Assembly: GCA_020137815.1 (NCBI GenBank)
Contig: CM035356.1
Coordinates: 6,882,001 to 6,946,000 of the forward strand
Source of the DNA: Hormiphora californensis
Lineage: Eukaryota; Animalia; Ctenophora
Length of the DNA stretch: 64,000 nucleotides
Direction: 5' to 3'
The notes beneath the pieces were generated by a model. That model did not search any database. It was given only the letters and a program-made list of their open reading frames with translations, and was not told the DNA's origin. The translations under genes were made by a program, and so were the position numbers. How positions within the stretch are numbered: position 1 is the first letter of the stretch; the number at the start of each line of letters is the position of its first letter. Shown one piece after another: positions 21,861-35,100 of this stretch.

Positions 21861-24800
21861 ATGTACGGGGCAAATAATGTCAGTATCGACATAAACAACG
21901 CCGCTGGTGCCGCTCGGAACAGAGCCTACTCTGGAGCCAGCAACTCTTCCTTCATCTCTAACTTCAGTTCCAACGCTGGGGGAGCCGCCGCTAACTCCTA
22001 CGCCAATGTAGCTGGGGCCGGTGCCAACTTTGGAGCTGGAGCCCAGAATGCATACAACGCTGGAGCCGGTGCCGCTCAGGGTGCCTACAACGCTGGAGCT
22101 GGAGCCGCTCGTGTTTCCATCAACACCATGGGCGCTGGAGCTCAACCATACGTGAACGTAGCTGGAGCCGGAGCTCAACCATACATGAATGTTGCTGGAG
22201 CCGGAGTCCAGCCATTTGCCGCTGGTGGTGTTCAGCCATACGGTGCCGGAGTCCAGAGTATCAACATCCAGGGAGCCGGAACTCAGCCATACGTTAACAT
22301 GGGAGGAGCTGGAGGTGCAATGCCCATCAGCGTTTCTGTCAACGGAGCTGGAGTCCAGCAGCCAAATGTGACCGTGATCGATGGTGGAGTCCCCTACAAC
22401 GTTACCCCTCAGGTTATCTCTGTGGTGGCGGCTGGTGCCCCCGCTGGAGGTTACCCTGCTGCTGGAGGTTACCCTGCTGGAGGTGCCCCCGCTGGAGGTG
22501 CCCCTGCTGGTGGTGCTCCTGCTGGTGGTGCTCCTGCTGGTGGTGCTCCTGCTGGAGGTTCTCCTCCCTACTATCACCACCATTGCCACGGAGGATACCC
22601 TGCTGGTGCTCCTGGCGGTGCTGGTGCTCCTGGTGCTGATGGTGCCCCTGGTGCTCCAGGCGGTGCTGGGCAACCTGGTGGTGCTGGACAACCCGGTGGC
22701 GCTGGACAACCCGGTGGAGCCGGACAACCCGGTGCTCCTGGCGGTGCCGGTTCTCCCGGTGGCGCTGGAGGCCCCGGTGGAAATGGAGGAAATGGTGGTC
22801 CAGGAGGAAACGGAGGACCTGGAGCTGGACCCGGAGGTTATCCTTATGGAGGTCCCGGAGGCCCAGGTGGAAACGGTGGTCCCGGAGGAAATGGAGGCCC
22901 AGGCGGAAACGGAGGTCCAGGCGGACCTGCCTACAGTCCTAACAGTTGTCCTATGGGAAACAATGGATGTCCTTTGGGTGGACCTGGAGGTCCTGGTGGC
23001 CCAGGAGGAAACGGTGGCCCTGGAGGACCCGGAGGTCCAGGTGGCCCAGGAGGTCCATTTGGACCCGGTGGTGCTCCCCTCGGACCTGGAGGTAATCCTC
23101 TAGGACCCGGTGGGCGAAGTCCTAATGGAGGTCCCGGAGGTCCTGGTGGCCCAGGAGGAAACGGTGGCCCAGGAGGTCCCGGAGGTCCAGGTGGCCCAGG
23201 AGGTCCATTTGGACCCGGTGGTGCTCCCCTTGGACCCGGTGGAAATCCTCTAGGACCCGGTGGACGAAGTCCTAATGGAGGTCCCGGAGGTCCTGGTGGC
23301 CCAGGAGGAAACGGTGGTCCCGGAGGTCCAGGTGGCCCAGGAGGTCCATATGGACCCGGTGGTGCTCCCCTTGGACCCGATGGAAATCCTCTTGGACCAG
23401 GTGGACGAAGTCCTAATGGAGGTCCCGGAGGTCCTGGTGGACCCGGCGGAAACGGTGGCCCAGGAGGTCCAGGAGGACCTGGAGGTCCATTTGGACCCGG
23501 TGGTGCTCCCCTCGGACCTGATGGTAATCCTCTTGGACCAGGTGGACCAAATCCTAATGGTGGACCTGATCCCAGATACCCTGGAGGAAACCCTCAGAAT
23601 CCCAATGGAGGTGGTCCAGGTGGTCCTGGAGGTCCCGGTGGCCCAGGAGGTCCAGGTGGCCCGGGAGGTCCCGGTGGAAACCCCAGAGGACCCGGCGGAA
23701 ACCCAAGAGGACCCGGCGGAAACCCAAGAGGTCCTGGAGGAAACCCTAGAGGTCCTGGAGGAAACCCCCGAAACCCCAACGGGGGCGGTCCAGGTGGTCC
23801 TGGAGGTCCCGGTGGCCCAGGAGGTCCAGGTGGCCCAGGAGGTCCCGGTGGAAACCCCAGAGGTCCCGGTGGAAACCCCAGAGGTCCCGGAGGAAACCCT
23901 CAGAATCCCAACGGAGGAAACCCTCAGAATCCCAACGGAGGAAACCCTCAGAATCCCAACGGAGGAAACCCTCAGAATCCCAACGGAGGAAACCCTCAGA
24001 ATCCCAACGGAGGCGGCCCAGGTGGACCCGGTGGCCCAGGAGGTCCCGGTGGTCCTGGAGGTCCCGGTGGTCCTGGACCTATTACTCCCAACAACCAGCG
24101 CCCACTCGGTGCTGGACCCGGAGGCCCAGGAGGTCCAGGAGGTCCCGGTGGCCCAGGAGGTCCCGGTGGCCCAGGAGGACCCGGTGGCCCTGACCCCCAC
24201 AACGGTCCTAGGCCTTGTCCCGGATACTCTATCGTCAAAGTTCCATGCTGTCAATGTGGAAAGCCTACAGGACCCGGAGGTCCAGGTGGTCCAGGAGGCC
24301 CAGGAGGTCCCGGTGGACCTGGAGGTCCCGGAGGCCCGGGAGGAAAGGGTGGTCCCAAAGACCCCAAAAATCCTAATGGAGGTCCCGGAGGAAAGGGAGG
24401 TCCCGGAGGTAAGGGAGGTCCCGGCGGACCTGGTGGCCCCGGAGGCAAGGGTGGCCCCAAAAATCCCAAAAATCCTAATGGAGGTCCCGGAGGAAAGGGA
24501 GGCCCAGGAGGTAAGGGAGGTCCCGGAGGTAAGGGAGGTCCCGGAGGCCCTGGCGGTCCCGGTGGACCTGACGACGATTCCTCTGTCCCTAGCTCTAGTG
24601 GAAGCTCTGGCCCCAGTTCTGGAGATGGACCTGACTCCGACGGAGATTCCGGCTGCTGCAACTGCTGTGGTCCTTCTAAGCCTGCTGATAAACCCAAAAA
24701 GGGAGGAAAGAAGCCCAAGAAGCCCAAAAAGGGAGGAAAGAAACCCGGAGACAGTAGTGATGATGATGATACCGATGACGGTCTGTCCTCCATTCTTGCT

Positions 24801-27800
24801 TCTTCTGCCCCCACTAGTGGCGATGGACCTAGCAGTGGCCCTAGCTCTGGAGCAGGAAAGAAACCTAAGACCAAGGGAGGAAAGAAGCCTAAAAATGGTG
24901 GAGACAGCGACCCCGATGACAGTGACGATGGTCCCGATTCTGGCGATGATGATTCCGACGGCGGTGGCTGTTGTGGACCTAAAAAGCCCAAAAAGGGAGG
25001 AAAGAAGCCTAAGGGTGGTGATGATGACAGTGACCCCGACAGTGATGATGGACCCTCATCTGGTAATGGACCCTCATCTGGTGATGGGCCCGATTCTGAT
25101 GGAGATTCCTCCGACGGCGGTGGCTGTTGTGGACCTAAAAAGCCCAAAAAGAAGAAGCCTACTGATGGAGGCCCAGGAGGCAAAGGAGGTCCCGGAGGCA
25201 AGGGTGGTCCTGGAGGCAAGGGTGGCCCAGGAGGCAAGGGAGGCCCAGGAGGTCCCGGTGGCCCCGGAGGAAAGGGTGGTCCCGGAGGCAAGGGTGGTCC
25301 CGGAGGCAAGCCCGACCCTAGGTGCCCCAACTGTGGAGAAAAAAAGCCAAAGAACGGTGATGCAGAAGATCCATATGGTCCAGGTGGTCGGTACGATCCT
25401 AACGATCCTGACAGGCCATACAATCCTTATGACCCTGAGGATCCTAACAATCCCTTCAGACCCGGTGGTATCTTGGACCCTGAGGGCCCCAACAGGCCTT
25501 ACAATCCCTGGGACCCCAACGATATTTGGAACCCATACAAGCCTGGTGGTCCGCTAGATCCCAATGACCCCAACGCACCATTTGACCCAGCTGACCCCAA
25601 CGATCCTCTCAACCCATTCAGGCCCGGAGGTCCCCTGGACCCTAACAGCCCGGACCGACCATACGATCCTTATGGTGATCATCCCATGAACCCATACAGA
25701 CCGGGCGGCCCTCTGGATCCCAACGATCCCTAACTGCCCCTACGATCCCAAGGACTTGAACCATCCCATGAATCCCTACAGGCCCGGTGGACCTCTTGAT
25801 CCAAGTGACCCCAACAGGCCCTACGATCCTTATGATCCTGACGATCCCAGGAATCCCTTCCGTCCAGGAGGCCCCTTGGACCCCAACGATCCCAACAAAC
25901 CTTACGATCCATTTGACAACAACGACCCCAACAACCCCTTCAGGCCAGGCGGTCCCCTGGATCCTAATGACCCCAACAAACCATATGATCCCCATGATCT
26001 GACCGATCCCAGGAATCCATTCCGCCCCGGTGGTGCTTTGGATCCCATGAGCCCCAACAGGCCCTACGATCCCTTCGATAACAACGATCCAAGGAATCCA
26101 TTCAGGCCAGGTGGCCCACTTGACCCCAATGATCCTGACATTCCCTACGATCCTCACGATTTGGATGATCCCAGAAATCCATTCCGCCCCGGAGGTCCCC
26201 TAGATCCCATGAGCCCTAACAGGCCCTACAACCCCTTCGATAACACCGACCCGAGGAACCCCTTCCGACCTGGCGGTCCTCTTGACCCCAACAACCCAGA
26301 CATTCCCTACGACCCCAGGGATATGAGCGATCCCCGAAATCCTTTCAGGCCCGGTGGCCCATTGGATCCCAACAGTCCTCTACGAAACTACAACCCCAAC
26401 GACATGAATGATCCTAACAATCCCTTCCGCCCCGGTGGTCCTCTTGACCCTAACCGAGGCAAGAAGCCCAAGGATGACAAGCCTAAGGACCCTAGCGACG
26501 GAGGCAAGAAGCCTAAAGACCCTACCGACGGAGGCAAGAAGCCTAAAGCTGGTGGCAAGAAGCCTAAGAAGAGCGATCCTGATACCGACTCCAGTGGTAC
26601 AAGTGGTCCATCCAGTGGCAGCGGACCATCCAGTGGTAGCAGCGGCCCATCATCCAGTGGCGGCTCCAGTGGCCCATCTAGCACCAGCGGAGACAGTGAT
26701 GCCGGATGTTGTGGACCCAAGAAGCCTAAGGATGACGGAAAGAAGCCCAAGGATGACGGAAAGAAGCCTAAGGATGGTGGCAAAAAGCCTAAGGATGGCA
26801 AGAAACCCAAGAAGGGAGCCCCAGATGATGATGATAGCGACGGTGATAGTGACGGATCTTGCGGCTGCTGTGGACCTGAGAAGAAGCCAAAGGGCAAGAA
26901 ACCAGGAAAGTGCAAGTACTGCAAGAAACCACTCCGACCTGATGATGATCCTTTCGGTCCCAGTCCCTATGGACCTGGAAGTAGTCCCTACGGACCAAGC
27001 CCATATGGACCAGGAGGTCCCGGTGGCCCAGGAGGTCCTGGTGGCCCAGGAGGACCTGGAGGCCTCGGAGGATGTCCTTACAACCCATGGGGTCCTGGAG
27101 GTCCAGGAGGTCCCGGTGGCCCAGGAGGTCCTGGTGGCCCTGGAGGCCTCGGAGGATGTCCTTACAACCCATGGGGTCCTGGAGGTCCAGGTGGCCCAGG
27201 AGGTCCCGGTGGACCTGGCGGTCCCGGAGGTAATGGAGGTCCCGGTGGATGTCCCTTCGCCCCAAGAAGCCCAAACGGAAACAATCCCAACGGAAACAAT
27301 CCCAACGGCAACAACCCCAACGGTAATAACCCCAACGGTAATAACCCCAACGGTAATAACCCCAACGGTGGGCCCGGAGGTCCCGGTGGACCTGGAGGCC
27401 CAGGTGGTCCTGGAGGTCCAGGTGGTAATGGAGGCCCTGGCGGAGACCCCAACAACCCCAACGGAAACAATCCCAACGGCAACAACCCCAACGGTAACAA
27501 CCCCAACGGGAACAACCCCAACGGTGGGCCCGGAGGTCCCGGTGGACCTGGAGGCCCAGGTGGTCCTGGAGGTCCAGGAGGCAATGGAGGACCTGGCGGA
27601 GACCCCAATAACCCCAACGGTAACAACCCCAACGGTAACAACCCATGGGGACCCGGTGGACCCGGAGGTAACGGTGGACCAGGAGGTCCTGGAGGCCCCG
27701 GGGGAGTCGGAGGTCCCGGAGGAGTTAACCCCACTGGCTGTATGCCCTGGGGACCCGGAGCAAACGGCGGACCTGGAGGTAACGGTGGTCCCGGAGGACC

Positions 27801-28095
27801 AGGAGGTCCCGGTGGTAACGGCGGTCCCGGTGGATACGGCGGATGCCCCAACGCTGGATGTCCCTATGGTGGAGGTCCCGGTGGTCCTGGAGGAGCTGGA
27901 GGTCCTGGTGGACCTGGAGGTCCCGGAGGTGCTGGAGGATGTCCCTACTACCAACCAGCATACTGCCCAGGAGGGGGATCTGTTGCCTCAGGCGGAGGTG
28001 CCAGTAGCACCACTGGATACTACGTTGGATACCGTATGGTGCCATATTACTACAGCTACAGCTATCCTACTGGACGGTACAGCTACAGATACTAA
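21861..28095 (+). CDS. Giant Gly/Pro-rich repetitive structural protein (~2,077 aa), single coding exon, one +1 frameshift near 25730
   Basis: ORFs 21786-25733 and 25756-28095 join if one C is removed from GATCCCTAAC, restoring DPNDPNCPYDP. ATG 21861 follows a CAG acceptor (21853), with a candidate UTR donor AG|GTAAGT at 21597. Synonymous variation among repeats indicates selection at the protein level. Confidence 0.85.
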
Positions 28096-28234
28096 ATGCC
28101 AACCATTAAATAACTATTTACTTCATCAAAATTTTCATCTCTGTGTATAATAATTTGCATATATTTCAATTTGCAAAAGATGTGTTTCAATTTGTCAAAT
28201 TTGTCAAAACGTTAAAAAAAACTGCAATTCTTCG

Positions 28235-28706
28235 TTATCTGGCAATGACCCGTGCTACTTTTCTAAATTCCTTTGTCTTTGATTCCGGGCAGAGCATCTC
28301 ACACCAGCTAACGGGAATCATTCCAATGCCTGATGCGCTACTCTTCGCAAATACAACACCTACGAAATATAGTGTTGTCAGGATTCGAAAACCAAGTTTT
28401 TTCTAGGGAATGTGGCGGAAATAATTCCAAAACTATAAAGGGAATGTGAGAAAAACTTTCGGGTATCAAAGTAAGGGTAATTGCATCTTGTTACCTAGTT
28501 CGTTTTCAGCAGTTGATAGGAAGTAGGAGGATGTGTCACCGATTGAGATGACCCTTGCCAGAACCAAATCACCTGGTCTGTAACATTTGTATACCACCAC
28601 CGAGTCTTTCTCTTTTGCTCGAATATCCTCCTTTTTAACTACACCTGTGGGGTAGTAAGAAGGGGTGAGAGAGAGAGAGAGAGAGGGAGAGAGGGAGAGA
28701 GGGAGA

Positions 28707-28769
<63 letters not shown>

Positions 28770-29078
28770 CGGTAACATTCAGAGAAGTTAACTAATAGTA
28801 TGGGATAAGATCATATCTTTCGTAACTTTTGAAACATTGTGGAAGGGAAAGTAAACAAGAAGATGGGGAAGAACCGGAGAGAGAAAAAAAGAGAGAAAGA
28901 AAGAAAGATAGAGAGAGAAAGAGAGAGAAAGGGGGAAGAGATCCCAACGATCCACGTTACTAAGGAAACTTGCTAACGCTCTTTAGAACCTCCTCTCTAT
29001 ATTCTCAAACTAAGGCACTACTTAACGTAGACAGGTACCGAGGGAGGAAGAGAGAGAGAGAGAGAGAGAGATATATAT

Positions 29079-29111
<33 letters not shown>

Positions 29112-29125
29112 TATAGAGAGATAGA

Positions 29126-29183
<58 letters not shown>

Positions 29184-32100
29184 CTCTTAACTGTAACTTT
29201 TTTGATTCTGCTTGTTACAAATCAATTTTAATTCAGTACATGGTCCATTCATAGCGCCATTATCTCAATTTACTCTCTCTCTTTCTCTCTCTATCTCCTT
29301 CTCTCTCCCTCTCTCATGTCTATTTCTAGTTTTGTGAGGTGCACTAAAAATGGTCGATAGAGAGTAGAGACTCCTTTCTAGAGAGAGAGATGAACAGTTA
29401 TTGTTCTCATTTACAATATTATATGCATATAATGCATACATTTTTTGGCTTTATAATATGTTTTACTCATAAATAGTATATGCAGCGTCCTTAGCCTTAA
29501 TAGGCAATAAAAAGATGGTCGATTTATCAGTTGATAATTGTAGTGATCTTTCATTTGTTTTTTGTGATTGCATGCATTTATAATCTTGAATATGCCTTCA
29601 TGAGGCATTGTATTAGTAATAGTAGAACATATTGCTTGCCAGTTGTCTATTCACTAGTTTATTCCTCATTCTGTGGAGCTCACACCGTAATTTTATTTCT
29701 TAAAATGACGAGCACGTCCTGTGAATTTTCCGTAGATCAAGTCCGGGACTTTTGAAGTCCCCCTAGTTTAGAGTCCACTGGTTTAGAGAATTTGTTTAGT
29801 CTGTACTAGTAGGCCCGTTCGCCCTACGGGCGAATTTCGGGGAAATGATAACTGGATTAGGGAACGCTGACATCACCTGCACCATCCGTTCCTAGCCTAT
29901 CTCTCACTTTCTCCCTACTCATGTTGGTGTACGCTCTGGGCTTCCTGACAATGTCGAGGTGCGAATTTAAGAGATCAATGTCATGGAGGTGCAGTGCTGT
30001 TCCAGAAACTCATCACGTGAAAACTTGGCCGCTATGTAGCCGATTTGGAGATTTCTATATTCGACTGGAGTAATCACCCTTGGGCGACTTTGGGTAAAGC
30101 TATCCGTAGTCGTTGATTGGCTCGCTTGAACACGTTGGCGTAATCTGTTATAGTCTCTGACAGCAGCAGTTCTCCTGGACCTAGATAAACGTTGCCGAAT
30201 AGCGCCTGGGGTGGAAGAGCTAGACATCAGGATTCAGGACAGAAGCAAAAGAATGCACGTGCAGAATTGAATTTCCCCTTGGTACCCAACTGAAACCGGG
30301 AGAGAGATCTCCAGGTCCCTCTAATAATTGCACGTGCAAGACTTGTACTTAGTGTAGTTGCTAGGTGACATGTGTCACACAATTTGCTTAGTAAGTAGTA
30401 TGATGATCTGTAGAGTGTAGATAATGGAGTTTTGTTTAGTTTAGTTAGATAATGGAGAAGATAGGAGTAAGACACCACCTTACGGAGGAGGAAGAGGACC
30501 AGATGAGATCTTTCTTCCAGGTCAGAAAGTAAAGAACCCCAAAATGGCTAGGAAACGGCCTGAAAGCTCATCACATATAGGGCCCCGATCTGTCACAGCA
30601 TTGGTCTGACCCTATTCTCAGCGGTCAGAGCATTAGCCGGAGAGCCACCGACAGACTCCATGTAATATATGACCTCTCCCCGACAGACTCCCTTTGCATT
30701 TTCAGAAGTTCGATGTGGATGAAAATGGAATGTTGGACACTGAAGAACTGCGTCAACTTTTTATAAACTTCAATGTCGTAGCGACTGCAGAGGATATCAG
30801 TGAATTTCTAACAAGGGTCGATAGAGACGAAGACGGTAGGTTCAACATTCGTTAGTAAGTTGAACAAACTACCGAGATTCTAAGATTGCGCAGGAAAAAC
30901 AGACTGGAAAAATTCTCCTTTCCCCAAATCACATGCTATTCAGAGCTACAAAATCTGATTTAATATTGTTGTATAAATGGTACACATGATGGTGTGTCTA
31001 TCTTTCAGGAACTATTGATTATGATGAGTTTATGACCCTGATTGAAGACATAATGAGTGAGAATTATAGTACCGAGGAAGTCATTGAGGCGTTCAATCTT
31101 ATCGATGAAGATGCCTCGGGAGATGTAAGTTACATACTTATTTACTTACCCCTGCCCCTTTTATATTTATATCCCCGTCAGGGATTCCATGAAACGTGTG
31201 TTGCGTCCTAAATACAGCTGTATTATTTCGTTGTACTACTGCATACTAAAGTGCTATTTCAGGTGACGCTAGAAGAAGTTGCATCAGCATTGGGTAAAGC
31301 AGATGTTGAAATACCCCAGGAAGATATGAAGAACCTACTGGAGACGGCGGATATAAATCGAGATGGGAGGATATGTTTTAGCGAATTTAGGTTACTGATA
31401 CAGGATCAGTGCAATGATAGTGTCCCCTGACCATCCGTTGCAGAGAGGCAGGGGAGGCCCAATTCTTGGGTCACTACTGCAGAGAGGGTTTCATGATTTT
31501 ATATCTTGTGTGACGTCATTTTGTAGTTGGCAGGGACATTAGTTGGGCTGTTCTTGTCTCATATTGCATATAAGACCGTCGAGGTTGCGTGGTGTACAGT
31601 CGGCGTGGTGTACAGTCAGTGTCTGATAAGGTTGTTCTGTATGCCAATGGAAGAAACTGTGAACTGTACAATGTTACAGACTAGGTGCCAAACCGTTTGA
31701 ATAATTACCATATCATACTGATCTTATTTTAGAATATTTGTTTTTTATGATTACATTAACGATTAAATATTAACTGTTGTATAATTTAAATGACCGTGGT
31801 TAGAAACAGAAGAAGCTGAGATAAAAAAGATGTAGATTTACCTAAAGAGTACAGTCGGACCCCGATTTAACGGCCCCCGATTTAGCGGCACCCCGATTTA
31901 ACAGCAGGATAAATTTCCCCCAAAAAATTTTTTTTTGAAAATTTTTTGAAAATTTTTCAAAGGTGTATCAACCACGTCCGAATCGTGTTTCGAATCGTTG
32001 CATCTTATTGCATGTCTTGCCGGTAATTAGACGGTTCGAAACGAACAGATATGTGATCCCCATGAGGCCCATCGAATCGCAGTTTTGACACGTCTTGTTA

Positions 32101-35100
32101 AACTGGCTCCATGGGGATCACGTATCGGTTCGTTTCGAACCGTCTAATTAGCGACAGGACGTGCGAGGTACCCGCCCTCCCTGCCGACGAACCTCCCTGC
32201 CGACGGGTCGGCAGGGAGGTCATTCGGCAGGGAGGGCGGGATATAGGGGTATAATGTCCTACGTGCCGACGAGATTGGGATGAGATCGCCGTCGGCACGT
32301 AGGACATTTGACCCCTATATTCCGCCCTCCCTGCCGAAAACTGACTCCGAGAAAGTATTCGGCAGGGAGGACATTTACCCCTCATATTCACCCTCTGTAC
32401 CGACGATCGGCAGGGAGGATATTTCACCCCTCCTTTTACCCTCTGTACCGACGATCGGTAGGGAGGGCGTTTCACTCCTTCTGTGAGCTCGAGAATTTGG
32501 CCGGCAGGCCAAATACGAAGAGTTCACTGTGTATTGTTCCTCTGAGTATCGTTAGGGTTAGGGTTAGGGTTAGGGTTAGGGTTAGGGTTAGGGTTAGGGT
32601 TAGGGTTAGGGCGGTGGTTAGGGTTAGGGTGGTGGTTAGGGCGGTGGTTAGGGTGATGATTAGGGCGATGGTTTGGGTTATGGTTTCGTTGGCACAGAGG
32701 GTGAAAAGGAGGGGTAAATGTCCTCCCTGCCGATCGTCGGTAGTGAGGCTGAAAAGGAGGGGTAAATGTCCTCCCTGCCGACGGCCCTACTTGCCGATCG
32801 TCGGTACAGAGGGTAAAAGGAGGGGTAAAATGTCCTCCCTGCCGATCGTCGGTACAGAGGGTAAAAGGAGGGGTAAAATGTCCTCCCTGCCGACCGTCGG
32901 CACAGAGGGTAAAAGGAGGGGTAAAATGTCCTCCCTGCCGACGGCCCTCCCTGCCGATCGGTAGGGAGGTCCGTCGGCAGGGAGGGCAGAAAATAGGGGT
33001 ATAATGTCCTACGTGCCGACGGCGATCTCATCCCAATTTCGTCGGCACGTAGGACATTATACCCCCATATCCCGCCCTCCCTGCCGACGGACCTCCCTGC
33101 CGACGGGTCGGCAGGGAGGTCCGTCGGCAGGGAGGGGGTGACTCGACGTGCGATAAGATGCACTGATTCGAAACACGATTCGGACGTAGTTGATATACCT
33201 TTGAAAAATTTTCGTAACTTTTTTTTTACAAAATTTTACAGAATGATTGGCAATGCTTTGATCGGTGCTCCCCATGAATTTTCAGAGAAAAAGATACATA
33301 TTTTGAAATTCAAATTCTTCTTCACCCCGCTTAAAGTGCCCCGATTCGGTATGGTAACACGTATCGGTTCGTTTCGAACCGTCTAATTAGCAGCAAGACA
33401 TGCGATAAGATGCGCTGATTCGATAAACGATTCGGACGTGGTTGATATGTTCGCAAAAGGCAAGCTTCCCCTCGTCCGACCCGAAGTTGGAATCATATGG
33501 GTTTAGTTTGTCGAACCGGCAAGTTGCTAACATTTTCAAATCTTCACTACTTCTCAAATGATCCCATACTTTCAGTCTAATCCCAAAATCCTATTAAAAA
33601 TAGAGACAAAAATAACGGCACCAAACTGTGAAATGCCCTTGCATTAGTGCGAGTAGAATAAAATCAATTTTCTATCTAAAGGCCGAGTTTATAGCAAGAA
33701 AGGACTATTTTACAACGAATTCTCTGGTTAGTATGGTAACCAACTCCGTTGTCATGGTAAATCAATCGAACTCTATCGAGTTCTATCGCCAGCAACTGGA
33801 TGAAAATTTATCCATTTCATTATGCACAATGCACAGGCTTTGGTTACGAAGTTACCCCTTGCCAGCGTGTGCACGCGAAGGTCGCCCGGCGACAGAGTGT
33901 GAGGTGTCTTCGATACCAAGCACAGGCTTGTGTAACAAAAAGGGGCGTTTTTATAGCTTATTGTTCATCATAACCTGAAATAAATAATTTTCATTACTTT
34001 CACAAAGGCTCAAAGTTTGAATATCAAATTTGCCAAAATTGTGCAGGGGCCACCCCAAAATTAATCTCTAAGTAATTAATTAATTAATTTTGACTATTCC
34101 CACTTTCTGTAGATTATATTATATGTTTTATGCATGAAGAACATTCCTAGAAAGTTTCAAGTCGATATTTTAAGCAGAACGGAAAATATAATTTAGTGCA
34201 TGGGCAAACAAAATGGTGCAAGGGCACATGTTCAGGGGAAATTTGCACAAATTGTGCAAGGGCAAATTTTGATTAATTTGCCTATAATTAATTACCTAAT
34301 TGATATATTAATCATACGGCTCTTCTAGTACTCGTAGTTATGCTACTAGAACATGCATAGAAAGTTTCGTGTCAAAATATTAAACGGTGTGGACACAGTT
34401 CGATCATAAAGTTGGTGCAAGGGCTGCCCTTGCACCATTTGCCCTTGCACATTGCCTGCCCTTGCACCAAATTCCATTTTTTGCACGGCTCTAACTAACT
34501 AATTAATTAATTTTGACTATTCCCACTTTTCGAACATCATCTTTTATGATTGAAGAACATTACTACAAAGTTTCAAGTCGATATTTTAAGCAGAACGGAA
34601 AATAGAATTTGGTGCAAGGGCGCGGTGCAAGGGACAGAACACGCAATGTGCAAGGGCACGGTGCCCTTGCACCATTTTTAATTACCTATAATTAATTAAT
34701 TAATTAAAAATTCAAAAATCCGCCAACGTCATGACACAAAGGAATACTACAAGAACATGCCTACAAAATTTCAAGTCGATATCTCAAACGGTGTGGCCAC
34801 AATCGTTGACATGTTTTTTGCCCCCCCCCCCCCCAAAAAAAAGACCTTTCTTTGTTCTTAATAGGGCCGGCATTTTTGGGTTTTTGTGCAAGGGCAAAAA
34901 TTTTTTTTTTCTTTTTTTCGTTTTTTGCTGTTTTCTTCGGGTCGGAGGTGCCTGCCGGCACCTAAATAGTACCTTAGAAATTTTTTAAATTTTTTGAAAT
35001 TTTTGAAAATTATTTTCTTTTTCTTATCAGAAATGATCATGTAATCAATACATGGACATTGTATTTAACACTTAGAGGTGTTTAAGTATAGTATTTTAGA

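Noticed and set aside
23250-28045. Minus-strand collagen-like (GPP)n ORFs and alternate-frame Val/Glu-rich ORFs
   Set aside because: They are shadows of the plus-strand GGP codons; third-position variation tracks the GGP frame.
32551-32680. (TTAGGG)n as a chromosome end or fusion point
   Set aside because: Short, single orientation, inside a TSD-flanked element within an intron of an intact gene.
32690-32945. Regular ~41-bp repeats (also 1216-1472) resembling a CRISPR array
   Set aside because: No unique spacers, eukaryotic context and no cas genes.
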